A DNA stretch of 64,000 nucleotides, from NCBI GenBank assembly GCA_964524955.1, contig CAZGEP010000002.1, forward strand, positions 5,591 through 69,590, read 5' to 3'. This DNA comes from an uncultured Planctomycetota bacterium (lineage in GTDB: Bacteria; Planctomycetota; CAZGEP01). Shown in pieces: positions 17,564 to 26,761 of the stretch. Within the stretch, counting starts at the first letter, position 1. Each line of letters starts with the position of its first letter. The notes under the pieces were generated by a model that was given only the letters and a program-made list of their open reading frames with translations, ran no database searches and was not told the origin of the DNA. A program made the translations under genes and the position numbers.

Positions 17564-20500
17564 TTATTTCCGAAGCGCACCGATAAAGCAGCCGCCTCCA
17601 GTGCTGCTGCCGCCAGTCTTGGTGCTGGTTCCGGAAGCACCGCTCAGTACACGGATGGTAATCTGCTTGGTCTCCAGGGTAACATTGTCCATAACCTCAA
17701 CCACATCGATCTGCCGGTCTTCGCTGCCCGATGAGTAGGTTACGGAGGAACCGCCGGATGCGTCAATGGAGCATCCCGAGGCATTGGTCACAATGGTCCA
17801 GCTGTAGGATCCGCTGCCGCCCATGGCATAGAGCAGGATAGTCGCGGACAGCCCCACGGTCACTTCTTCCGGATAGACCCGGAATTCACCGCCAATGGTT
17901 CCTGAACCGCCGGTCTGGACAATCACACTCAATGAGAAGGTGTTGTCTGCAGAATCCGTAATCGTGATGGTATCCCCTCCTTCGGTGGCACCTGCGATAT
18001 ACGTGACCTGATTTCCAGTGGTTCCGGAAAGACTGGCACCGGACGCATTCGTACTCACGCTCCAGGAGTAAGGTGCAGTGCCGCCGCTGGCGCCCAGAAT
18101 CAGCGATCCGCCCGGATCCACACTGGTCATGGCCGGAGTGCTGGTAAAGGTCTCGGACATATTCGAGGATGTATCGACCGCAGTCAGGGTGATCACGGAT
18201 TCTTCATCTCCGGTTCCGCCTTCACCGCCTTCACCGTCTTCCTCGCCGGCACCACCCGGATCGGATGTACCGCCGGACTTGACCGGTATTTCAACAACGA
18301 TTTCCACACCAATGTTGTCGTAAACCGTGAGCAGGATCTTGGTTCCGTCCTCACCCACGGTTTCAGAATCCGGAGTGGTGTACGTGAAGCTGTCACCGGT
18401 TGCATCTGTTTCATCCAGGTCGCCGATGTACCATGTGTACGGTGAAATACCACTGTCCGCGCTGAAGACCAGTTCCGTGGAAGGTGCTACCGGCGGAGTG
18501 ATCAGGTACTTATTAGTAGCGGTCTCTTCCATGGTCAGGGCTTCTCCGGATACGGATACAGTAAACAGGGAATTTATAAATGTGGTGTTGTATATTTCTC
18601 CGTATTTATACACTGTATTTCCGTGCTTGAATACCACATCATCCTCCTTGACACCCACTGTAAAGACGTCCTTGTTTTCCGTGTAATTACTGGTGGTGAT
18701 GGTCACGAAGAAATCATCGCCCATGTCCGGGTCTGCGGTTGTACCGGAGGTATTGTCGTCCACGGAAAGCGGGATAATCGGAATCGAGTACGCTTTTCCG
18801 GCTGTACCGTCGGCCGTCTCCCAGACCTCGCCGTCTCCGTTTGCGTCAATGCCGCTGTAAATTTTGGCATCCACACCGTTATCATAGGTACCGGTAGTCC
18901 CGGCTGCAGCATCCGACCAGATTTCTTCATTGATATCCCAGCGTCCATTGCTGTTGCTGTCGTAATAGTAGGTAATCGACGGATTGGGCAGACTCATGGT
19001 AACCTTGCCGAACGACCATACCGGGGTCTGCATGAACATCACCGGTGTATCATAGGGCTGTTCATCCGGATCAAAGACACCGTCGCCATCAGCATCATCC
19101 CATGTGGTTTCGCCGATATCAAACTGTCCGTCACCGTCTGCATCATTCCAGTCGAATTTACCGTTATCATAGGCGCCGCCGTTGTCCGCGTCTTTCCAGA
19201 GAGCGACTCCGCTGATCGTTGAATCCGCTTTCAGCTCTTGGAAGTCCGCGGATGTGACATTACCGGCACCCGCGTCCATAATCCGAACGGAAAGGGTGTC
19301 CAGATAAACAGACGTGCCATCGTCTTCTTTGGCGCCCAGGTTCATGCCGAACGCAGCAAATGTCGTGTTCTTGCTGATGGAGTTTCCGCCCAGATAGTCG
19401 GTAAAGAATATGGGCACATTTCCGTCCAGTTCGCGGGTCACAAATTCAGACAGCCCGGTAATACCGCTGGACATGTACACGCCTTCATTCGGGATCGTGA
19501 ACCGGATCTTGTCCGTAAAACGCATGTTTGCGCTGGTCTTGATGCACACAAACATATCCGACCCTTCATTGTCCTGCTTGTCATCAATGGGAACCAGCAC
19601 ACCATTGGGAAAGAAGACGTCTGTAAGGTAATACTCATGGTACACCTTACCCGGCGTTCCACCGGCCGTGTCCCAATCATCTCCATCACCGTTGACATCG
19701 GTTCCAGCATTGATCTGAATGTCAATGTCGGCATCGTATATACCATTGGTACCGGCCACCGAGGAATCCAGCCAGACTTCCTCCCCCGTATCCCAGCGGC
19801 CGTTGGCATTGGCATCATAATAGTATTTCTTGCCGTATTTGCGGACAAAGTCCTGGCCGTACCGCTGGATATCATCAGCAGCATTTTCGACCAGATCCCA
19901 GTCAGTAAATATGTAATTCAGACGGTCGTCTGCTGTATCCCAACGGCCGTCTTCATTGCCGTTGTCAAAGTAGAAGAGCAGCCCCGAATCCGTGGAAGCG
20001 CCAGTCAGATCGGCGAGAAAGGCCGTCATATCCAGCGGATCATTATTGGCATCCACATCATCCAGTACCCCGTCGTCATTCGCATCCGGTTCGACCTTGA
20101 TTCCCTGAACCATCAGCCGTATCTTTTCGACCTGCAAGTCCTGGGACGTAACATTCGCGTGCCGCATGTTAAAGGCGATCAGATCATACCGGGAACTGTT
20201 TACATCAATCCGGTCACCGGACGGAACCAGGTCTGCGATTTCTATCAGAACTTCCACACCCAGGATTTCACCGTCTTCGACCATGACATTGCCGCTGTAC
20301 GCTGTCAGTCCTGTGGTCATAAAAGCAAACTTATCGCCTTTCTCAAAGGGAGCGCTCGAATCCGTATTCCGGATAAGAAATACCATTTCGTTGTCATCAC
20401 TCGCGTACATCTTTCCGGTTGTTGCGCGTCCGCTCTGCAGGCCGGAAAGCGTACCCCGAACCTCCCATTCCTGGGTGGTTTCATCCACCATCTTTACAAT

Positions 20501-23500
20501 CCAGGTCTCAAGCTTGGAGCCTTCGCCGTATTTGCTCAGATAATCCACATGGGTCACATACAGACTGCCCACGCCTGCGGCACCATCCATAAGCCGCGGC
20601 TTGGTGTGCGACCGCAGATCCAGAGATACATGTTCATCAAATACGGTTACCGGCAGTCCCTGTGTACCGTTGGCTGTGGTCCATCCGTCCGTACCGATAT
20701 CGATCTGAATATCGCCGTCTGCACTGTTGTACACGCCGAACGGATCCTGGTCCATCCAGATATCCTCGGTTGCATCCCGTGTTTCATTTCCGTTTGCATC
20801 GTTAAAAAACCGGTTTGTGATCGAACCGCCGCCTGGCTGATCCGGACTCTTCTGCGGAACCAGACGGGCATAGAAATAGTTGTTGCCTTCATTGAGGGAG
20901 TTCTCATTCACATATTGATCCATTTCCACGTCCTTGGGTTTTTTGCGCACACCCGTACTGTACGCATAATAACTGTCAAAGCCGATGGTACCGTCTGCTG
21001 TACCCCACACCCGATCATCACTGTCATTGTTCGGAATGCCAGTATACAACTGGTTTTCACCGGTGTTATACCGGCCGTCTCCATTCTCATCCAACCAGAT
21101 ATCCTCATCCGCAGTCCAAACCCGGTCCACGGTTGAATCATTGAAAAGAATGGGAACGCCGCCCACTTCATACCGTTCATCCGTGCTGTCCCAGGTAGCA
21201 CCAAGGGGAGCGCTGATGGTCTGCAGGCATGTACCGTCATACCCCAGGTCATTGGTGTCCATGTAAAAGAACATGCGGACTGAACCGAACACATCATAGG
21301 CATTGTACTTGACCTTGTAGACGCCGTTTACTGTACTGCCACCCGGCGGATGAATAAAGCTCAGGGTCGGAATGGTCTTGGGATCCATGAAAAAGGTTAC
21401 AATGGCCGGTGCCAGCGGGTCTGCGGGCAGATCAATGTCAAGAATCTCAATGCCGCTGGGTGTCTGGTCCCACCACCGGTTCATGGGATCGGTATTGGGC
21501 CCGAACTGGTGCTTGGATGCACCGCCGTCATTTATATAATCAGATCCACCGGGAAAGATATCACCGTCATCCCCAAGATTATACCCGGCTTCAAGCTGTT
21601 CCAGGGCATCGGCCTGCACAATATTCCATGTAAAGTGATTGCCCTTACGCTGCTGCTGCGGAACCCCTTCAGCGTTTGCATCCGCATCCGTATGCAGGAT
21701 CATGATGCCCTGCTTGGGATCATCCGGTGAGCCGCGCGTGGGATCCAGCACCTGAAATCCCAGACCGGACCGATACCAGAAGTAATAATCCTCATTCGGA
21801 TAGTTCTGATTCTTAAAATGATAGTACTGGTTTTTGATGTATTCCACTGGATCCATGTGAACCTCCTGGGGCACGCCTGGAATCAGGATCGTGGCCAGGT
21901 CATTGGATTCCGTCCAGTTCTGACTCATCTTGAGAAACGGCATAGAATGAACCAGCACCGCAGCTGACATCAGGTCAAAAAGACCAATGGGCCAGTTGAT
22001 TATCACACCGTTCCACACATCATAGTCATACAAATCCGGCCAGCCGAACCAGTAATGGCCGAACTCATGGGCTGTGATTGACCGTGAATAGTCCTGATAC
22101 CAGTCGTCGTCACTTACGACCGCTTCTTCGGAACCTTCCGCGCCTGCGCCGTGTCCACAGACCCAGTCTGAATAACCGAACACATTATCACTATCCACGG
22201 TAAACACAGAGTACGTAGCCGGTGCTATTGGCGCGAAGTCACTGTCGGCATCAATAAGGGCCGTGGTATTGATGTGGCTGCCGTCACCCAGGGCTGCAAA
22301 CCGGTCGTAATCCAGTGCATCGTCATTGGCTTCAAAGCAGTCCTCCATCAGCCGCGTCCGATGCATGGGATAGATGGTCTGGACGCCATCGTCAACAGTC
22401 AAGGGATCCAAATCCACTGAATAGTTCATGCATCCTCGAATCGGACACTCACCCAGATCGATAAACCCGTCCAGATTGATGTCCCGGTACTGGCTCTGAA
22501 ATCCCAGCGGTGAACCTACATCCGCTGTGGCATTCAGAAGGCTTGCTCCGTCTGTTCGCCAGGTCTGAATTTCCAGGTTGGTCATGTTTGCTGAATCATG
22601 ACCGGTCTCTCCGTACAGGTTATACGCCAGCGGACCGCCGGAATAGACAATATCATCGGTAAACGGGCTTCCCGGATTATTATCCTCGGTATGATCCGCT
22701 CCATGAAGAACCGTGGAAAAGGGATCGGTCTCTTCGCCCAGCCAGCCGTCGCCATGCCCGGTAAAGTGACCAGGCTGAGTTGTATGATAAAGTGCGGATG
22801 CCAGATCATAGTACTCGGGAGGGCCGGACCAGCGACCTGCATTAATAATCGGTGCATCCGCATAATCCGCATAATCCGCTTCATTGGATCCCTTGGTATG
22901 ACCTCTACTGGGGCTGAAACCCCGGATCTCTGCTTCTCCGTCTGCAACCGTAGCCATGATCGGAACTTGATTCCACCATGACCCCCCAGACGGCCATAAA
23001 GGCGCTGAAGAGGTATAATCGACAGAGCTGAACTGCCGAGTCCACCAGTCTGTCCAGTCACCGTCACTGTATTTGGTGCGATCCCATATTTCTATATCGG
23101 AAAAAAAATCCGGATGCAAACCACTTACCGCACCGGGCCATAAAACGCCGGGAAAAGGATCCCATCCGGTAATGCGAACTTTTGTCTGACCACTGAATCC
23201 TGCCCTTTCTGACGGATCATACTGGCCGTTTCCAGAGCGCTGCATCAGGGCTCCCACATCGCCCGGATAATTGTTCCGGATATACGCGGCATCTGTCCGG
23301 ACATATCCGGGGGCCATTAACGGTACAGGACCCAGCGGACCGAACCAAATATCATCAACGATAAACGGATCCCACCTGGCCATGTAATCTTCCCAGGGAT
23401 CTTCAAAATCATATTCCACATCCCCGTCCGAATCTGTCCATATTTCCGGACTCTCATAGGCATATGCAATCCTGCGCTCTGTTGCCACGGGATCGCCGTT

Positions 23501-26500
23501 GTCGTCAAAAGCACTGAAGTACTCCCAGGAAACCTCTGCCTGGGAACGGCCTCCCCCGACCTTGACCACCTCAAGAGGTTCGATAATAGGCAGCCCCGCA
23601 TTGTCCAGGGCCGGATCAAAGGTCTTGTTCAGGCCCACGCTGGCTTCGTTGTAGTATCCTTCATCATCATCTTCATCAATATCCCACCACACATCCTCAC
23701 CCGTGGTGTAGTCCAGGGATCCGTCCTCGTCATAGTAATACAACTGATCGTCACCACCTTGATCTGCGGAAATGTAGTACATGACCGGATCCTTGCCGTT
23801 GACCGGCGTTCCATAGAGCACGGTGTCAATACCATTGGCATCATAAATACCCGCGTTCTGTCCGCTGTCGTCTTTCCAGATTTCTTCGGCAACATCGGGA
23901 TAATCATTTCCGTTCAAATCATTATAAAAGAGATCACCGGAGATACCGGCTGAATACATTTCCGGGGGTTGTCCCACCCGCATGATATCGTTTACGACCA
24001 CATTGCCGTCAGCATCTATAGAACCGTATTGGCCGTCACCGTCCACATCCACCCAGATTCCGCTGTCCCACAATTCGTCCCACACGCCGTTATTATTGGC
24101 ATCATAGAAGAGCAATTTGGTCTGAATTCCTGCTGCTCCGTTCCCTGTATTCCATTCCAGCGGATCCTCAAAATCCGGATCTCCGAGAAACACCTGGGTA
24201 TCGGGTCCATTGTATTCACCGTCACTATTTTCATCAATGAATATAGCGTCTCCAACGTTGAAAACCCCGTCCAGGTTTTCGTCGTAAAAGTACAGGCCGG
24301 TCTGAATACCGGCAGTACCGTCAGCTGTAATCCATTCATCATCTCCGGCAATGCGTCTGTCTTGATACTGAACCTGGTACCGGTCTCCTTCATAAGCAAA
24401 GCCTTCGCCATCGTACAGTTTGTAATCCTTGTTCGAATCAAAGACAGCGTTGTCTACTTCATACCAGACATCATCGGTATCCGCGTCATAGGTTCCATTC
24501 AGCCGTCCTCCGTCAACAGCTGTATCATCATAAAACACGTTCCAGGCATGTCCGTCACCACTGTATTCCGTGTCTCCGTCTCCATCATTCCAGACCTCTT
24601 CACCCAGGTCATACACCCCGTTGCTGTTGTCGTCATTGAACCGAAAGAGCGGTCCTGCGGTCCCATCGGTACCGTTTGAAGGCGCTGATCCCTTGAGTAC
24701 TGCATCGCCGACCAGGTCAAAATCACCATTACCGTTTGCATCATAAAAGACCGTCTCTGCTGTATCCCAGTATCCGTCTGAATCCAAATCCACAAAAAGC
24801 AGGTCTCCATCCTGGACCCCTACGGTTTCCAAGGGGGTTTCCCAAATACCGTTGCCTCCAGAATAGATTTGTGTATCCACGGAAATTACATACGCCCAGG
24901 CACTGTCTGTGGCTGCATCAAATCCGGCACCACCGTCATCGTCAATCCAGAGATTCGTATTCTTTATCTTGATTCCACTGTCCCCGTCCTCCAGGTTCGT
25001 GGCCAGAATCGGCACGTCATCCGCGTCTCCACCGCCACCGTCATTATTGTACTGACCAAAGGTTCCTTCAACCTCCTGCCAGATTCCTTCACCTTCGTCC
25101 CAGTACCCGTTGTCATTTGAATCTTCAAAGTAGTAGATGTCAGCTTGAGAACCGGCATCGCCCGCATTCAAGCCGCTTCCCTCACGAATAACATAGTCTG
25201 TAGCCTGATACGTTCCCGTTCCTTTCAGAGAGCCGGCAACCATGATATCCTCGTCATAGGTAAAAGACGAGTCTCCGCTGACTTCAAACCACACGGTCTC
25301 TCCGCTGTTGTACTGGCCGTTTCCATTGGCATCCAGATACATGAAACCGTTGTTCAGGCCCACATCTCCGTGCCGGAGACTGCCCATATTGACCAGCATC
25401 TGCATGCTTTCATCCGAGTCATAGATCCCGTCCACGTCCAGCCAGATATCCTCGTAATATTCAGTATAGCCATCCGCATTGTCGTCGTTAGGACCAATGA
25501 TCCCGCCACCTTCATAGTCTGTATCCCCGTCACCGCCGTCTTCAACGTCCGCAGCTCCCATGGCAAAATACATGCCGTTATTTATACCGGAAAAGAGGTT
25601 GGGAAAGTTCTTGATCCGCCATCCATTGCCACCGTCAAAAAGCAGGATGTCTGTTGCATCATATATACCGGCAAGGCCTGTTTCATCTCCAGTTGTTGCA
25701 TCATAATCATCGGCGTCCGGATGACAATAATCCAGCCAGATATCTTCACCTGCAGTATAGATACTGTTGCCGTCTTCGTCATAAAAGTATATCTTGTTGT
25801 TGCTTCCAGTGGTTCCGTTGGTTGTTGTCCAGTCCAGCGGAAAGTCGGAAAGATCAATAATGTAATTCTTGTATCTGGGAATGTAAAGTTCATTGAGAAA
25901 GATCAAACGGTTGACTCCATTGTTCTTGTCTGCGACCGTGATCGTAACAATCCCGGAGTACTGACCGTCCTCATTGTAATCCACGAATGCCTCGCCATGG
26001 GTATCCCACTCCCCCTTACGGGCCGGATACTGCGGATTGGAGTTACTCAAAAAGGTTTCTTCTCCACCCTTTCCCATGTCATAATGCCTGCCGTTTCCAT
26101 CTACATAAGCGTAGCAGTCATACCACGGTTCCGGACCGTTCCACGAACCGTTTCCATTCAGATCCTTGTACCGCTCACCGGGTGTAAAGGCATTGTCAGC
26201 GATCTGGGTATCGGCAAATCCAGCGGAGGCCCCATACTCGAATAATAAGGAGTCGTTCAGGTCAATAAAACCGGTTTCCCGGGCAATGGGCCAGGGCATG
26301 GCAATCCATGCCGGCACTTCAGCATTAACGATTTTTTCCACGCCATAGGAATTTTCCACCAGCCATTCATGCCATGACCCGCCGTATATATCCGGAACCA
26401 CACCTTCGGAAAACCACATGTCTTCAATGGCCTTACGGTTGGGCAGCTCCGTGGCCGTGGTGCTGCCGCCGCTCTTGGGAACGGTTGCCAGAAAAAGGAT

Positions 26501-26590
26501 AAAATTCCTGTCTGCGGCAAAAAGAGAAGATGCCAGGGTTGTTAAAAACAAGACTAATAACACTGAAAGGGTCAGCCGTTTCATTTCCAT
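17564..26590 (-). CDS. giant (3008 aa) secreted multidomain protein: split M6/InhA-like metalloprotease, many EF-hand-type Ca loops, C-terminal Ig-like repeats, GCF tail
   Basis: Uninterrupted 9-kb ORF with signal peptide MEMKRLTLSVLLVLFLTTLASSLFA. HEFGHYWFGWPDLYD at aa 1508. Repeated D-x-N-x-N-G-x-[WY]-D-x-x-E loops. Three G-x-x-PY[ST]W modules. All opposite-strand ORFs are low-complexity shadows. Confidence 0.9.
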   Translation of the reverse strand: MEMKRLTLSVLLVLFLTTLASSLFAADRNFILFLATVPKSGGSTTATELPNRKAIEDMWFSEGVVPDIYGGSWHEWLVENSYGVEKIVNAEVPAWIAMPWPIARETGFIDLNDSLLFEYGASAGFADTQIADNAFTPGERYKDLNGNGSWNGPEPWYDCYAYVDGNGRHYDMGKGGEETFLSNSNPQYPARKGEWDTHGEAFVDYNEDGQYSGIVTITVADKNNGVNRLIFLNELYIPRYKNYIIDLSDFPLDWTTTNGTTGSNNKIYFYDEDGNSIYTAGEDIWLDYCHPDADDYDATTGDETGLAGIYDATDILLFDGGNGWRIKNFPNLFSGINNGMYFAMGAADVEDGGDGDTDYEGGGIIGPNDDNADGYTEYYEDIWLDVDGIYDSDESMQMLVNMGSLRHGDVGLNNGFMYLDANGNGQYNSGETVWFEVSGDSSFTYDEDIMVAGSLKGTGTYQATDYVIREGSGLNAGDAGSQADIYYFEDSNDNGYWDEGEGIWQEVEGTFGQYNNDGGGGDADDVPILATNLEDGDSGIKIKNTNLWIDDDGGAGFDAATDSAWAYVISVDTQIYSGGNGIWETPLETVGVQDGDLLFVDLDSDGYWDTAETVFYDANGNGDFDLVGDAVLKGSAPSNGTDGTAGPLFRFNDDNSNGVYDLGEEVWNDGDGDTEYSGDGHAWNVFYDDTAVDGGRLNGTYDADTDDVWYEVDNAVFDSNKDYKLYDGEGFAYEGDRYQVQYQDRRIAGDDEWITADGTAGIQTGLYFYDENLDGVFNVGDAIFIDENSDGEYNGPDTQVFLGDPDFEDPLEWNTGNGAAGIQTKLLFYDANNNGVWDELWDSGIWVDVDGDGQYGSIDADGNVVVNDIMRVGQPPEMYSAGISGDLFYNDLNGNDYPDVAEEIWKDDSGQNAGIYDANGIDTVLYGTPVNGKDPVMYYISADQGGDDQLYYYDEDGSLDYTTGEDVWWDIDEDDDEGYYNEASVGLNKTFDPALDNAGLPIIEPLEVVKVGGGRSQAEVSWEYFSAFDDNGDPVATERRIAYAYESPEIWTDSDGDVEYDFEDPWEDYMARWDPFIVDDIWFGPLGPVPLMAPGYVRTDAAYIRNNYPGDVGALMQRSGNGQYDPSERAGFSGQTKVRITGWDPFPGVLWPGAVSGLHPDFFSDIEIWDRTKYSDGDWTDWWTRQFSSVDYTSSAPLWPSGGSWWNQVPIMATVADGEAEIRGFSPSRGHTKGSNEADYADYADAPIINAGRWSGPPEYYDLASALYHTTQPGHFTGHGDGWLGEETDPFSTVLHGADHTEDNNPGSPFTDDIVYSGGPLAYNLYGETGHDSANMTNLEIQTWRTDGASLLNATADVGSPLGFQSQYRDINLDGFIDLGECPIRGCMNYSVDLDPLTVDDGVQTIYPMHRTRLMEDCFEANDDALDYDRFAALGDGSHINTTALIDADSDFAPIAPATYSVFTVDSDNVFGYSDWVCGHGAGAEGSEEAVVSDDDWYQDYSRSITAHEFGHYWFGWPDLYDYDVWNGVIINWPIGLFDLMSAAVLVHSMPFLKMSQNWTESNDLATILIPGVPQEVHMDPVEYIKNQYYHFKNQNYPNEDYYFWYRSGLGFQVLDPTRGSPDDPKQGIMILHTDADANAEGVPQQQRKGNHFTWNIVQADALEQLEAGYNLGDDGDIFPGGSDYINDGGASKHQFGPNTDPMNRWWDQTPSGIEILDIDLPADPLAPAIVTFFMDPKTIPTLSFIHPPGGSTVNGVYKVKYNAYDVFGSVRMFFYMDTNDLGYDGTCLQTISAPLGATWDSTDERYEVGGVPILFNDSTVDRVWTADEDIWLDENGDGRYNTGENQLYTGIPNNDSDDRVWGTADGTIGFDSYYAYSTGVRKKPKDVEMDQYVNENSLNEGNNYFYARLVPQKSPDQPGGGSITNRFFNDANGNETRDATEDIWMDQDPFGVYNSADGDIQIDIGTDGWTTANGTQGLPVTVFDEHVSLDLRSHTKPRLMDGAAGVGSLYVTHVDYLSKYGEGSKLETWIVKMVDETTQEWEVRGTLSGLQSGRATTGKMYASDDNEMVFLIRNTDSSAPFEKGDKFAFMTTGLTAYSGNVMVEDGEILGVEVLIEIADLVPSGDRIDVNSSRYDLIAFNMRHANVTSQDLQVEKIRLMVQGIKVEPDANDDGVLDDVDANNDPLDMTAFLADLTGASTDSGLLFYFDNGNEDGRWDTADDRLNYIFTDWDLVENAADDIQRYGQDFVRKYGKKYYYDANANGRWDTGEEVWLDSSVAGTNGIYDADIDIQINAGTDVNGDGDDWDTAGGTPGKVYHEYYLTDVFFPNGVLVPIDDKQDNEGSDMFVCIKTSANMRFTDKIRFTIPNEGVYMSSGITGLSEFVTRELDGNVPIFFTDYLGGNSISKNTTFAAFGMNLGAKEDDGTSVYLDTLSVRIMDAGAGNVTSADFQELKADSTISGVALWKDADNGGAYDNGKFDWNDADGDGQFDIGETTWDDADGDGVFDPDEQPYDTPVMFMQTPVWSFGKVTMSLPNPSITYYYDSNSNGRWDINEEIWSDAAAGTTGTYDNGVDAKIYSGIDANGDGEVWETADGTAGKAYSIPIIPLSVDDNTSGTTADPDMGDDFFVTITTSNYTENKDVFTVGVKEDDVVFKHGNTVYKYGEIYNTTFINSLFTVSVSGEALTMEETATNKYLITPPVAPSTELVFSADSGISPYTWYIGDLDETDATGDSFTYTTPDSETVGEDGTKILLTVYDNIGVEIVVEIPVKSGGTSDPGGAGEEDGEGGEGGTGDEESVITLTAVDTSSNMSETFTSTPAMTSVDPGGSLILGASGGTAPYSWSVSTNASGASLSGTTGNQVTYIAGATEGGDTITITDSADNTFSLSVIVQTGGSGTIGGEFRVYPEEVTVGLSATILLYAMGGSGSYSWTIVTNASGCSIDASGGSSVTYSSGSEDRQIDVVEVMDNVTLETKQITIRVLSGASGTSTKTGGSSTGGGCFIGALRK
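22055..22069 (-). other. zinc-binding HEFGH motif of the M6-like protease domain
   Basis: The reverse complement reads CAT GAG TTC GGC CAT, within ITAHEFGHYWFGWPDLYDYD. Compare the InhA-type HEFGH-x4-PDEY. Confidence 0.8.
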
Positions 26591-26761
26591 TCCTCCGAAT
26601 CGGGTTATCTGTATACAATGCTTTCACATACGTTTTCCTTCACTATGTTAGTTGTCTTTTGACAGGGAAATTCCGTCAAAAAAAAAGTTTTATTCTTGTA
26701 AAAAAAACCTGTTTCATAGATATTGTGGTTGAATCCCTGGACAAACACAGAATATACGGCT

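Noticed and set aside
19238-21136. 632-aa plus-strand ORF, along with 23969-24679, 25145-26245, 18623-19222 and other ORFs, lying opposite the giant gene
   Set aside because: These are shadow ORFs on the antisense strand of a strongly supported 9-kb CDS. Their translations are low-complexity (runs of I/V/H/R) with no motifs or start context. Long antisense ORFs are expected in repeat-rich, stop-poor sequence.
26591-26761. TTGACAGGGAAATTCCGTCAAAAAAAAA as a terminator between the HEAT gene and the giant gene
   Set aside because: The stem is only 5 bp with a bulge, and the T-run is on the wrong side for a minus-strand transcript. This is probably just promoter-region sequence.
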